Shown piece by piece: positions 1 to 13,193 of a stretch of 64,000 bases of DNA. The position numbers and the translations under genes are program-made. Origin of the DNA: Rhynchobatus australiae (Eukaryota); the NCBI GenBank assembly GCA_034780895.1, contig JAUZTB010000063.1, positions 20,936,431-21,000,430 of the forward strand, read 5' to 3'. Within the stretch, counting starts at the first letter, position 1, and each line of letters opens with the position of its first letter. Under the pieces are notes generated by a model, which worked only from the letters and a program-made list of their open reading frames with translations, was not told the origin of the DNA and ran no database searches.

Positions 1-544
1 GCCAGAGTTGGGTTTGATCAGAACATGACTCAGGGGTGAAGTTTGAGAGGAACTTTGGAGCCAGTTGAGTAGGTGAGTGGAAAAACAAAATAAGTGTTCT
101 TGGTGCAAGTCATACTTGGAGGGGAGAGGTTCCATTGGGTTTGGAACTGAAAGATAAGATCAGAAAAAGGAGCAAAATGGCTGGTCTATGGTGGGCGGCT
201 TGGAGGGGTGATGAGTAAACTATCTGAATGATGCTCCCTGTCCTGGGCTGGGACTTTCTCAGAGAAAATGCTGTTAAAACATAATAGTTCTGATTGTGCC
301 CAATGACACTCTCACAGTGCAGTGTGACCTACTTTCCCAGGCAATGCTTAAAGGAACATTGCACTGGAAACAACATTTTTCATGATGCCCAGTGCATAAA
401 TGCAATCTGAAACCAGCAGACCCTGCAGTGATGCAATTTGACCTCAAATTCATCACAATCACATTCCCTTCTGCAAATCACTGACATTCATATTTGTTGC
501 ACTGAAAAAATACTACTTATAAGAATTTCTATGCTGGATTTTTT

Positions 545-585
545 ATCTATCTTATTCTATCCATCTATCCATCCATCCATCTATC
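545..585. repeat. Short imperfect (TATC/CATC)n microsatellite
   Basis: atctatcttattctatccatctatccatccatccatctatc. Confidence 0.7.
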
Positions 586-1434
586 AGTAGGATTTCCAGA
601 TCAACTCTTCCATAGCTAATCTCAGCCTGTGTGGAGATGTCCATCCACACCACTGGTCTCAGTACCTGTGGGTTAAGGAGGTGAAAGGAAACATCCTTCC
701 TTGCCTTCTATCCTGGGATTCCTGTTGGAAAGCCTGCATTTGTTAGATGGTGAAAATGAAAAGGATCAGGATGGTCCTGTGTCATTTACTTTAAGACAGT
801 GGGTGTCTATTAATCTGCTTCATAATATCTATGCCACCAGGACAGAGAGGTGGAAAAACAGTTCTTCTAACACAAGGCATAGAGCGAGGTAGAGAGAACA
901 TGCATATTAGAAAAGATTCATTGTGTCTTTTGAAGATTTATTATCATCACCATGAAAATACATTGTGTCATCTTTTACATAACTTAGATCAGAAGAATTT
1001 AATCTATAATTTATCGTCACGATAATTTCTATTTTATAGGAACACAAAATTCTGTTTAATTTGCCCTTTTCTATGACAGCAATGCAATTTTCATAAAANN
1101 NNNNNNNNNNNNNNNNNNNNNNNNNNNNNNNNNNNNNNNNNNNNNNNNNNNNNNNNNNNNNNNNNNNNNNNNNNNNNNNNNNNNNNNNNNNNNNNNNNNN
1201 NNNNNNNNNNNNNNNNNNNNNNNNNNNNNNNNNNNNNNNNNNNNNNNNNNNNNNNNNNNNNNNNNNNNNNNNNNNNNNNNNNNNNNNNNNGCAGGAATGC
1301 AAGAGGCAACTAATTCCATTTGTGGTTATTTTTGCAGGTTATGCTCCACAACATTAATCAACATGGCTTTGAGTTTGGCAATGTGTAGATGTGTCACTCA
1401 GATATTATACTCACTTACCTAATGAAGATTTGTT

Positions 1435-1440
1435 TTTATT
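1435..1440 (-). terminator. Candidate AATAAA polyadenylation signal for sema3c (about 1 kb 3' UTR)
   Basis: TTTATT on the + strand about 970 nt past the stop codon. The region is AT-rich, so usage is unproven. Confidence 0.3.
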
Positions 1441-2410
1441 TAATGATCAAATATTGTTCCATTTTCATTGTGGATTATTTGTTTCACAAAGGATAACTGT
1501 TTTCTTTTCATTCTCTGCATCTCAAAGTGGATAAGGGGCAATGCAATAACAAAACAAATGCTAAAAGTTTGAAATGGAAACAGCAAATATTACAAATGCA
1601 CGGCAAATCAATTGACAGGTCTTTAGAACCTGGAGGAAAGTTTTTGTGCATAACACTAACCTTAATTCCCTTGCAAAAGATGACTGGATTGCTGTGTCCT
1701 TCCAGTATGTTTTGTCAATATTTCTGATGTACAGCAGCTTTAAGTTTTCAAGGTAACAACTTTTTCTACAGTATAATAGCTATTTTTCAATAAATTGATG
1801 TATATTTAATACTTGGTGAATTGATTTCTTAAGATAATTTCCCGCCAGGATTTGCTCTTAAGATACCAACACCATCACATTTTACATAATTATACATAAC
1901 ATTAAAGCGCAAGTTCTATTACTCCTTCGACGTTCCAGACTCTCCCTATAGCAGAATGTCATGACTAGTACCACACCAAACTGATCATATGTTTTCCAAT
2001 GAAAAAAAATGAATGTACTGGCCCACCTTGTTCACTAAATTCTGATGAGCTGGTCATACGTTTGGCTCCTTAGCCAAGACTGAAGTTGTGGAAGTCAAAG
2101 GGCTACAGCAGCTTTAGATTACAGATCGAAGGCAGAGGTCTGAATGAAGTTACCTTTAAATGTTTCAAGAGAATACAGCTGCCTTCTAAGTTATTCTAAC
2201 TAAACAAAAATTAAAACTAAATGCACATCAGGACATTACATATGAAAAAGTATTAAACAGTACAGATCAGTTAATTACGACATGCTCAGACAGTAAGAAT
2301 TTAGTTGTACTTTTAAAAGATAAAAATAGAAAAAATGACTACAGATGTATTCTGTACAATTTATATTAAATAGGTTCATACTGACAAAGACATTCTTTGT
2401 AGGTAGTCCT

Positions 2411-2830
2411 TTAAGTAACAGGCAAATGGTTTCTTCTATTTCGACTTTTTCTTCTGTCGATGAGGGCCTTTAGTTTTGAATGATCTATTCTAATTGATAG
2501 TTCCTCTCCATTCTGTCTCTGTTTGTGCCAACTTTCTTTACAGTACTTATTGATTGCCTGCATTTCTGAGTAACTGAATAGCCCTACCAGATCCTTGTGA
2601 AGGACCTGCAAACCACCCAGGTCGTTGGCAGCACTCCAAGGCCATGATGTCCCTTTGTTAATTTTGGAGGAAACCAATTCTGTATCAACAACCTTCAGCT
2701 TGACCTTGGATACGGTGCTTTTAAAGTTGTTCTCAGTGGCAACGCAGTGATAAATCCCTCTGTCATTGCTTTGTACAGAACGAATCAAGAGGCCATGTTC
2801 GGTTACTAGAATTCTGTCATCTTGCTTTAC
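2411..2830 (-). CDS. sema3c: sema3c terminal coding exon 18 (Ig domain C-half and basic tail)
   Basis: ttgcaaacag|GTA AAG CAA acceptor; VKQDDRILVTEHGLLIRSVQ...YHCVATEN...KALIDRRKSRNRRNHLPVT then TAA at 2413-2411; 420 nt. Confidence 0.96.
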   Translation of the reverse strand, partial: VKQDDRILVTEHGLLIRSVQSNDRGIYHCVATENNFKSTVSKVKLKVVDTELVSSKINKGTSWPWSAANDLGGLQVLHKDLVGLFSYSEMQAINKYCKESWHKQRQNGEELSIRIDHSKLKALIDRRKSRNRRNHLPVT

Positions 2831-4067
2831 CTGTTTGCAAAGAGACACTCGTTTTAAAATACTGTGCAGCTTAAGGGAGAAAAACAACTCTGAACAAATC
2901 ATGCTCATCTTGAATCTCATTCCCTGGTGCAACATGGGATAAAGGTTTAAAGCGCTAGAGAGGTAGAGAGAGTAGGTCAAGAGAAAGGGCTACCCTGGCC
3001 TGTTCTCTTTGCTTTCCTGGAAACCAATCTCCCATGCTCTTGGGTAAGGTTGAGAGCTGGCTATTGATACAAAATGACAATAACACAACAATGGAAGGAA
3101 AGCCACTAAGTATATTAACAAAGTTATCAGTAAGTCCATCAAATTAAAGAAATAATAAATACTAAAATCCTGACACAATTCAATGTTTACACATACATCT
3201 TGTCAATGAATGGACCCTTGAACAGATTATCACGTTCAAGGAACAGATCATTCATTGGCCTCTCTCAGCAGTCAACACAAAGCTGAACAACAGCAACCTT
3301 CATCCACCTGGTATCTTTAATGTAGGAATGTCAGTTTAACCTGCTCCACAAAAAGGCAATCAGCTGAAGCCCAACAGTCACATGAGAAAGGATGATTAAA
3401 AGTTTGTCAAGAAAGTGGGAGATTGAGAAGTGATGAGATCTGGGAGGATATTTAGTCTTTGCCTGCTGGTGTCAAAATGGAGATGAGGAAGGGAGGAAAT
3501 TTGCTGTTCTGCTCCTCCATTCTCTTGGCTCCGCACGGGAATGTGTGAAGGCAAAGCTGCTTGAGATGGTGCCTTGAAGGAGAATGAAATTTTAAGCAGT
3601 GTGCTGCTGATCACATTTCCTGTATGACAAACTTCATTTAATTAAAAACCAATGGTTCATAACAAAAACATGCTTGGTGAAGCACATTTTCATTTGCTCA
3701 CACAGAACAATCTCAGTTCTATCTAAAGTCAAAATCACAGCATTCTTTTCTGTCAATTCTTCCCTGGGGAAATGAAAATGATTTTGCAAGCAGTGTTTTC
3801 ACTTAAATTTAAAGTGATGTTCAAAAAAGTTGAATCCAAAACTGAGAAAAACTGAGGAGAAATTGAATATTGCTGGAAATGGGTTTGCAAAATGCAAAAT
3901 ATAATTAACTTTGCTTGTTTAAGATGGTGGAGGCATTTCCACCACAGCAGACATTTCCAGGTACCAGTGGGACAGTACCACAAGGCAGCATTGCATTCAG
4001 AATCCTCAGAGGAATCTTCTTGGTTTGCACTGACAGCAGGTATGTGGTCATCTAGATTACCACAAGG

Positions 4068-4655
4068 TAATTAATATTGCAACTCTATAAAACTCTGGTC
4101 AGACCACACTTAGAGTACTGTGTTCAGTTCTGGTTGCCTCATTATAGGAAGAATGTGGAAGCTTTTAGAGAGGGTGCAGAGGAGATTTATCAGGATGCTG
4201 CCTGGATTAGAGAACATGTCTTATCAGGAAAGGTTGAATGAGCTTGGGCTTTTCTCTTTGGAGCATAGGAGGATGAGGGGTGACTTGATAGAGGCGTATA
4301 AGTGTGGCATAGATAGACAGCCAGCACCTTCTTCCCAGGCAGGCAGTGGCAAATACCAGCGGACATCCATTTAAGGTGAGTGGAGGAAAGTTTAGGGGAG
4401 ATGTCAGAGGTAGGTTTTCCAGGCACCCACCAGAGAGAGTGGTGGGTGTCTGGAATGTACTGCCAGGGGTGGTGGTAGAGGCTCATACAACAGGGATATT
4501 TAAGAAACTTTTAGGTAGACATATGGATGCAAGAGAAATGGAGGGTTATGTAGGAGGGAAGGGTTAGATCGATCGTGGAGTAGGTTTATGTAGGTTGGCT
4601 CAATATTGTGGGCCGAAGGGCCCGTTCTGTGCTGTACTGTTCTACATTCTATGTC
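4068..4655 (+). mobile_element. CR1-type LINE, 5'-truncated 3' end
   Basis: [46 protein letters not shown] (CR1 ORF2 C-terminus), then GGGCCGAAGGGCC...TGTTCTA tail; boundaries approximate. Confidence 0.88.
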
Positions 4656-5235
4656 CTCGGTCAACCCATGGTCCTGTTAATATGAAGAGGTTCTATTCTG
4701 CAAATGTGTCTGTGATGTCAGAAGCACAGAAGAGAATGCACAAAATACTCGGTCCAGAAATATTCCCACTCGAGTTCTGGTGAAACCTCACAATGGGTTA
4801 CTGAAACAAAGATTCCATTGTTTGGATGCAACAAGAATATTTTTCCTTAATGACTTTAGAAACATTTCTAAAATCATTCATGCACATTGCTATTTGTGTT
4901 ATATTGTCACCAGAGTTAATGATTCAGGTTGATGACCCTTCAATTAGGTTTAAGCTGCAGAGAATGGGAGAAGGGATGGAAGAACTAAAGGGAAGGTTTG
5001 TTATCAGGTGGAGGGCAAAAGAGATTAAATGACAGAAGGATTGATAGAGCCAGGTTAAAGTGGGTGAATGACAACAGATTTGTCTGGAACAACTTAAACA
5101 GGAGATGACAAACAGAAACTGAAGTTACCAGAAGATGAAGAAAAACAAAACTGAGTAATAGAAATATGAGATGTGAAGTTGGAGCTGTTGATTCACTCAT
5201 CTGATTAATTAAAACAAAACTGTAAAAATACACAC

Positions 5236-5366
5236 CTCCTTTCTTCTGTCATTTGCTTTCTGCATTAACCATTTGATGAATGCTTGGGGAGACTTTGGTG
5301 TGCACTCGAGGAAGGCAGTGCTGTTTTTCACTCCATATTGCACAGACTCCACAGCATTTCTGTATG
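5236..5366 (-). CDS. sema3c: sema3c exon 17
   Basis: ttcag|CA TAC AGA ... AAG GAG|gtgtgt; (A)YRNAVESVQYGVKNSTAFLECTPKSPQAFIKWLMQKANDRRKE; 131 nt. Confidence 0.95.
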
Positions 5367-5489
5367 CTGAAATTAATGCACATTTTAAACATATGTAATA
5401 CACATGTATTACATTACACATTAAGGTACAAAAAGCTTGAAATGTGGATCATATTGCCAAATTCTCCTGGATCCCATGAGTTCTAATCT

Positions 5490-5700
5490 TTTGGACTAGT
5501 TTCCCACATGGGACATTAAAAGCCTATTGAAGTCCACGTAGACTATGTCAAACACGCTATTTTATCAACTAACTTAAATTTTTCAAGGAGATGACGATTA
5601 GGTTAGTCAGATAAGACCTTTACTTCATCCCATGCAGACCATCCCTGCCTCTCTGACTGCTGATTAATCCTGACCTTCAAAATTTTTTCTCAACAATATG
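5490..5700 (-). mobile_element. Old CR1-like RT fragment
   Basis: gggacattaaaagcctattgaagtccacgtagact is the reverse of the CR1 VYxDFxKAFDxVPH motif; degenerate. Confidence 0.55.
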
Positions 5701-8118
5701 CCTTTGTTTGCATACAATTTAACAAAGGAAACTGGCATATTCATAAATAATCTAGAATATTTGTCTGCATTTTAACTTTGGATATGTGTTCTTTATATCA
5801 AAACAGATGCTGATGATTTTCTGGGACTTAAGTTTTGCAAACAAGCCTAGGAACTTAAAGAAAGTAAAATATGTACAAACTGAGGAGGTATTTTGTGCAT
5901 ATTTAAGTGTATTTTGTGCACTTAAAAATGCTTTAAATATATTCTAATTCAAAATTCTAATTCAATTTTTCCTCCCAATGACACACAATGATCAGTTAAC
6001 ATTTTTTAAATTTTTGAAGCAAATTGAATTGATTCGACACAAGATAATTTGGAAGCAAGCAGTGTNNNNNGAAGACCCTGAGCTTTCAAACTTCTCTTGT
6101 GGCTTGTGAAGGGAAGTTGAAATACATTAAAAAGCAAATTGTGAATGAAAGCAAGAAAGATGCACTGAAATCTTTCAGTTGCAAACCCTACTGATAATAA
6201 CTCTAAAACATTTTGTAGGAAAGTAATGCTCATAAACTTGACCCATTCTTTTTGTTATTCCTAACAGTTTGGCATGTGGTTGTCATTCAGTTGTATGATT
6301 TTTCAGTATGCCAATGCACATCACCAATGCAAGTAACTGTGGGAATAGGCAGACTAGAATGGATCCTTTTCTCACAAAGCATTGTCCAGTTACACACCAG
6401 TTGTCATTGAAAAAGTTTATGATACATTACATTATCAGGAAGTTATTGATATTTTCAGAACAGTTTACTGTGGAAGAGCAAGGTCATATTGGGAAGGTCA
6501 GAAGGGAGAAAGAAACAATGTTTTTAAAAAGCTTCTGAAGGCAGATAAAGAATTAGCCAGCTTGAAAGAAAAAAAGTTCCGGAGAGTTGAATGTCTGAAA
6601 TATCATTGCCAGAGGTCCAGTTAAGGCCAAGGAGAAAATATTTTATAGAATACACTTGTCTGTTTATCAGGTTTCTATCATGTTAAGAAACAGACACTCC
6701 CATCAGCTCTGATAACATTAAAAATAACCAGTCCAGGAGTGGAGCCCAGCAGGCATGCTTGCACATGCATGAGCAGACCTACTTAAACATTCATCTCCTG
6801 ACTTGCTGCACAGCACGGCACACCTGGCAATGTATCTTAGGTCTCCTGACTGCTCAATATTGTCTACAGATGCCAGCGTGAAAGTGCAGACAGGCTGCAG
6901 CTTTCAAATATGGTTCATAAAATGATCAAAAAGCTGCTCCCTTTTTAATGGAATGGAATTCCAAAAGAGTATGGAAATTTGAGTACTTGCTCATGATAAA
7001 ACAATACAGGAATGTTAAGTTCATTCTAAGGGATTTCTTCTTTATAGCTTTTTTAAAATACTTATAATTTTTGTATGGCATGTAAGTAACATTTACTTAT
7101 AGTTTACGAGGTAGACAATTCTTGGATTTTCTTTTCTGGATGATGCTTTGTCAAGAAGACATTTATATCTCTTGGATCTCAACTTAGATGTGTCAAATAG
7201 AATCTTTTATTTGCCTGCCTAAATGCACACAAAGACTTCCAGCCATAACACAGAAATATAATTAAAAACTTGGACAGCAGTGAGGATGAACTTCTAAAAC
7301 ATGCAGTAATAAGACCAGAAGATTGAGTTTATTCAGTTTTGTGAAAAGCCCAGAGCAAGCACAATTGGAGGATAGTCACATTTGAGTGTTGGGAGGATGA
7401 TAGAAATGTATTCAGATGGAAAGTTTGATGAATAGGCATAAATGATTGAGGAAGTTTAACATATTGCACTGATACCATAAATTCACTGGTGTGCAAATCC
7501 CAAGCCAATGAGTTGACCTGGATCTAGACAATGGGTGCAGATGCAAACACAGAGCACATTCCAGGACAAAAAGTCATCCCAAAATAATAACTGTAAAAAA
7601 ACCTCACACAGCCTTGAACAGAATTAACTGGGAGTGACCATTGGACAACTCTCTATCTCATTTATATGGTACTTGTTTATTTAGCATTTGAACCAGGTCA
7701 ATCCCTTTGCTAACATACCAGACAAACTCATCACTGCAGGAGTAGTTGTGGCTCCAACTGCTGCAATAAAGAACATGTCAAATGAACACAAGGGAAAAAA
7801 AATAGAAGAATTTGTTGATGAGGTTAGAAGAAGCTGAGTGTCAAGAAATTCATGTGAAGCATAAACACCAGCAGTTGGTCAATATCCTCATTGATATAAC
7901 CATGTAAACCACTGCATATCCCATATTCTTTTGTCATATTTGAGATTTAGAGCCTTCATATTTTTCTTTATATTAAACAAGTGCTAGTTCATAACATCTA
8001 GTCTACTTCCTGCTACTTTGTGTTGATAAGCAATTTGAAATGTTCCATACCTAATTCTGCAGTGTAAATGACTTTGAAAATCTCTGATGCGTCATGAATA
8101 GCAGAGTGTAATGCTCAC

Positions 8119-8186
8119 CTTTTAGATTAAAGCCTCTGCACTGGGTCATCGGGTTGCCGTGTCTCACATCTTGTCTACGGCTCCTC
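8119..8186 (-). CDS. sema3c: sema3c exon 16 (furin-site RSRR region)
   Basis: cacag|G AGG AGC CGT ... AAA G|gtgagc; (R)RSRRQDVRHGNPMTQCRGFNLK; 68 nt. Confidence 0.95.
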
Positions 8187-9573
8187 CTGTGACCAGAACA
8201 CAAAATGAATTGTGATGAGGTTTGATCTGTGAGCATTTCTGACCACCTCATGAGCAGTAACATGACAGAAGAGATCTTCCTTCTGCACAATTGATTTATT
8301 CAGGGCAGTTTCTGCAATAAGGTTGCAGGTTTCTGCAGCACATTTCAGCCTTGGCATTAGGGACAAAATTACCTTGCTGTGCTTCAAGGAAATTGTTCAT
8401 TAAAAGATGAAGTTTTCTTTGAAACAAGTTAGCTTTGTCTATCAATACAGCAGAATTCTAGGAAAGAAACTGCTATTGCTTTATGATCTTCCAGAATATC
8501 TTTTCTCATAAGGAGATTTTCATTTTGTGCAAAGCACAATGTCAATCAACAGGCGATTGGACAAAGGTGCAGAGTCCAGGTGTCTTGTATAAATGGGTTA
8601 TTAGGAAGCTTCAATCTGTCTACAGGGAACACTGGAAAGAATGATTTGCTTGCCTCCTCCCTTTAAATGCAGAACATCTTACCTAACGGCCCAACTGGGA
8701 ATTTATCAGTGTTAATTGAGCAGATTGGTGAAGTATCGTTTGGCATTCTTTGAATCCTGAGCCTGCAATTAAGTATCTTATTACCTCTCCACTGCTGCTG
8801 CTTCTGTCCTCATTGGAAAACATTTCATTCTCATCTGCTCCATAAATGGATACAATGGAGATGTGAGTGGAGTCTGAACAAGTGATTATTTTAATCTAAA
8901 GTAAAATTTGAAAAGAATCATTCATGGGTGTGATGTGCCAGTTCAGTGTTTGATTCTTCCCTTGCAAATCTAAACTGCACACCTATTCAGAAACTCTCAT
9001 TAAAAACAGAACCAGTCTCTCCAGGCCGGTGAATACGTCTTCTTTCATGAGGATGAAAGCCCCATTCAAATCAGCACTGGCCCTAGAGAATGTGACCAAT
9101 ACCCTACACTTAAAACTATCATTATCAGTTTGTCCCTCCCTTTGTAATTTCAGCATTATAGACTTGCTTCCATTTCAATGGGGGCACTGCTTGTTTGCTC
9201 GAATGGGTGAACTGAGAAAATGGCTGCCCAATTGTGAGAATTAAGGGAGTTGATCTAAAGGCTCCTTGATTTGACAGACAAGGCATCCAGAGAAACCTAC
9301 CAAGCAGATTTTGGTGGTTCTTGTATCAATAGGCCTGTGGAGGGAGAACAGGGCAATAGTCTTAATGATTTCTTCCTGAGCTGCAAACCTCTTTAGCTCA
9401 ATGGCTTAACTTATTATATTGTAATCTTTGAGACCATACAGCACAAGCATATAAATATTATGCTTTAACTGAAGGATCTACCTGAGCAATTTTCAAATCA
9501 TTTGATTGCTGAATACATAGTGAATGTATCACTCTTTTATTAGGACACTGTGAAATGTTTGCTGTTTCACTTA

Positions 9574-9867
<294 letters not shown>

Positions 9868-9903
9868 TCACACTTATCCAGTCTCTCAAATGCATCTATA
9901 TTA

Positions 9904-10747
9904 ACATAAACATAAGAACATAAGAAACAGGAGCAGGAATAGGCTATCTGGCCCATCGCGCCTGCTCCACCATTCAATGAGGTTGTGGCTGATCTGCCTG
10001 CTGGAATTNNNNNNNNNNNNNNNNNNNNNNNNNNNNNNNNNNNNNNNNNNNNNNNNNNNNNNNNNNNNNNNNNNNNNNNNNNNNNNNNNNNNNNNNNNNN
10101 NNNNNNNNNNNNNNNNNNNNNNNNNNNNNNNNNNNNNNNNNNNNNNNNNNNNNNNNNNNNNNNNNNNNNNNNNNNNNNNNNNNNNNNNNNNNNNNNNNNN
10201 NNNNNNNNNNNNNNNNNNNNNNNNNNNNNNNNNNNNNNNNNNNNNNNNNNNNNNNNNNNNNNNNNNNNNNNNNNNNNNNNNNNNNNNNNNNNNNNNNNNN
10301 NNNNNNNNNNNNNNNNNNNNNNNNNNNNNNNTGCAAACCAACCTTTTGCGATTCATGCACAAGCACTCCCAAGTCCCTCTGCACAATAGCATGCTGCAAT
10401 CTTTCACCATTTAAACAATAATCTGATCTTCTATTTTCCCTTCCAAAGTGGATGACCTCACATTTACCAACATTGCACTCCATCTGCCAGACCCTTGCCC
10501 ACTCACATAACCTATCTATATCTCTCTGCAGACTCTCCACATCCTCTGCACAATTTTGTTTTCCATTCACTTTAGCATCATCAACAATCTTAGATACACT
10601 ACAGTCAGTTCCCTCTTCCAAATCTTTAACGTATATCATGAACAGTTGCGGGCCCAGCACTGACCCTTGCGGCACCAGCTTACCACTGATTGCCAAACAG
10701 AGAAGCACCTATTTATCCCAACTCTCTGCCTTCAATTGGTTAACTTA
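9904..10747 (-). mobile_element. Young CR1-type LINE fragment (RT to 3' tail, gap inside)
   Basis: VPQGSVLGPQLFMIYVKDL...DDAKV...LQRDIDRLCEWARVWQMECNVGKCEVIHFG; tail seen as AACATAAG repeats at the 9904 end. Confidence 0.92.
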
Positions 10748-10755
10748 CTATATTA

Positions 10756-11900
10756 TTCACTTCAATATTATTCACTTCAATTAATCTTGTGATAGTGGGG
10801 TTCCATTTTCTAAACATTTTCAAGGTGAAAGGTTCCCCAGAATTGCTTATTGGATTTAACAATGACTGCCCTATAAGGGTGGCCCCTGTCTGGTCCCACC
10901 TGCAACTGAAAAGTTCTTCTCCACATCTACTCTATCCAACCCAAACAGTTACCATACTGGCTTCTATTTTCAAGAACAGAGCCCCAATCTTTTTTGACAG
11001 GTATAATCACTGAATATTAGTTTCATTTCACTAAATCATTTTTGTAGCTTCTCCAGTGTCTCTCCTTCCCTTTGATAATATGGAGACCAGTACTGTTCAG
11101 AGTAATCCAGATATTGCCTAAGTAAGCACCATACATTATCTTTTCACAGTTTAATTCTATTGTTTTAGGAAGGATGTAAGCTTTTGGACATTATCCTGCA
11201 TCAGCAATTTTAGTGATTTTTGAATGTAACCAAGATGTTGTTGTTCTACTCCTTTAGATAGTTATTTATCAAAGAGTCTATGCCCTTCCGATTCTTCCTT
11301 CTGAAATCTATTACATCACTCTTATCCATAATGGAGTTAATTTTCAATTAATTGCTATTCTGCAAGCTTTCCTATACACTGTTGTTATCTTCCTTTTGTT
11401 AATTACAAACATTTTCCCAAACCACTCCCAAAGAAGTTGTCCTGCACGATGCTGAAATTACAGATCTTGTTCCCAAATCCAAATCAATAGAATCAATACT
11501 GAAACCTGTGAAGCTTCTCTCCCCACTCTTCATTCATCTGACCAATTGCTTTATTTACCCACAATATCTGTTTTGTAGTCAGCTTGTTTTCCAGTCTTCT
11601 ATTATTATCCTAACTCCACATGTTCTTATTTTAGTTATGTTTATCTTATTGAAGGCTCTTTGGAAATAAACTATATCTACTGTGACACTCAATCAACTCC
11701 TTCTGTTACTTCCTCAAATAACTCAAAAGAGTTAATTAGACATAGCCTCCTCTTTTGGAAATAACATTGAACAATATTATATTTTGAATTTCTAAGTTTT
11801 TTTTATTATTTCTCTAAGTAAGGATTTTAGTGTCTTTTCTGCTAATGAAGTTAAGCTATTTGATCTAGAAATCTTTCAACTTTTCCATCAATCTAATATT
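10756..11900 (-). mobile_element. Older degenerate CR1-like LINE, host of the 9904-10747 insertion (continues at about 9830-9903)
   Basis: Reverse-strand CR1 motifs such as tggagaccagtactgttcagagtaatccag, gaaggctctttggaaa and aactcaaaagagttaattagaca; many indels. Confidence 0.6.
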
Positions 11901-12282
11901 TTGGCTGCTTAAAATCTTGTGGATAGAAATGTGTCCATGGTAATAGTTCTGTGCTCTACACTACTTTTGAAATTCAGTTCTGTTGACTTGAAAAATTTCT
12001 TTCTTTCATCAGTGTGCTAAATAAATTAAGTTCAAGAATAAAATAGACTTTTGTCTTAGTTTCATACTGCTTGCTAGAATTTGATGTATGGCATGATCTG
12101 CTCTTCATTTCTGCATTAAAATATATTTGGCAAATAAAATATATTTGCTTCATGATGTTATTAAACTGATGATGTTATAAATACTGCTATATCAGGGATA
12201 AACTATCTCACTAAGAACAATTTACCTTAAACGGCAATGTAATACATTTAAAGAGACTGCAGCAAATAAAATAAAAATCTAC

Positions 12283-12324
12283 CTTTTTGGATGAAATCTT
12301 CATTGTTGTGATAGCTGATCGATT
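12283..12324 (-). CDS. sema3c: sema3c exon 14 (42-nt small exon)
   Basis: ttatag|AAT CGA ... AAA AAG|gtagat; NRSAITTMKISSKK; found by hand, absent from the ORF track. Confidence 0.92.
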
Positions 12325-13193
12325 CTATAAAAAGGAAAGTAATCATAATTGTTCAAGTGTTCCTGGTAGAGCACCAAGTCAGCATATTGGCAAATCTCAA
12401 AATCAGTTTTATTAATTCTGCAAAGAGTGAGCAGCACATTGACTTGATACAACTTTCCTGTTTGAAATGGTTTGTTGTTGACCTTATGCTCTTTAATAAA
12501 CTACCCTTTAATGTTTATACTTTGCTGCGGTCAATTGGTCATAAATATTACAGGAATAATTATATATTGTTTGGGTTTCAGATTTTGCACGAGATGGACC
12601 TTCAACTTTAAATTGGTTTCAAACTTAATGGGCCAGAGAGTCAACTAATAGACAAATGGAATTTAGTAGCAGCCCCAAATGTGAACACAACAAAGGACTG
12701 TCCACAATCTACCACACTGAGCACAACTGTCCTATCAGTCTTTCCTGCACAAGTCTATTGAGTATCACCGGAAAACATGATATGGCTCTTGAAACTCAGA
12801 TTATGACTTCAGATTGCAAAATTCATTTGAAGTTACCTGTTGCCTGAGTGAAAGCAAGAAATCATTTCATACAATTTTGATAATTTAAAAAAAGATTGAA
12901 GTAAAAAAATCAGAAATTAATCTAATCCATGCACATTGATAAAGTAAACACACATTGTATTGGTCAATTATTACAATACATTTCAGATGGACCATCTCAC
13001 ATCCCTTAGGTTTCATTTCACAGGTAAGGTCACCAGTTTTGTATTCAGTATATTGTGATTGGGGCCACATTTAAACATCTATATCTCAGACTGGAGATTT
13101 GTGGATATAACAATTTTCCTTTTGGCTGTGAGCCTGAAAATCCCATCATGTGGGAAAACCCAGGCATTACCAAAACAAACATGAAAATAAAAA

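Noticed and set aside
907-1319. ORFs spanning N gaps (also near 9977, 27744, 30499, 50274, 61862)
   Set aside because: Their length comes from X residues; they are not evidence of genes.
2831-2980. N-terminal 50 codons of the 189-aa ORF as a separate protein or exon extension
   Set aside because: Semaphorin similarity starts at the AG acceptor at 2832-2831; the upstream frame is open intron sequence.
5941-5965. 13-bp tandem duplication attctaattcaaa
   Set aside because: Ordinary slippage in AT-rich intron sequence.
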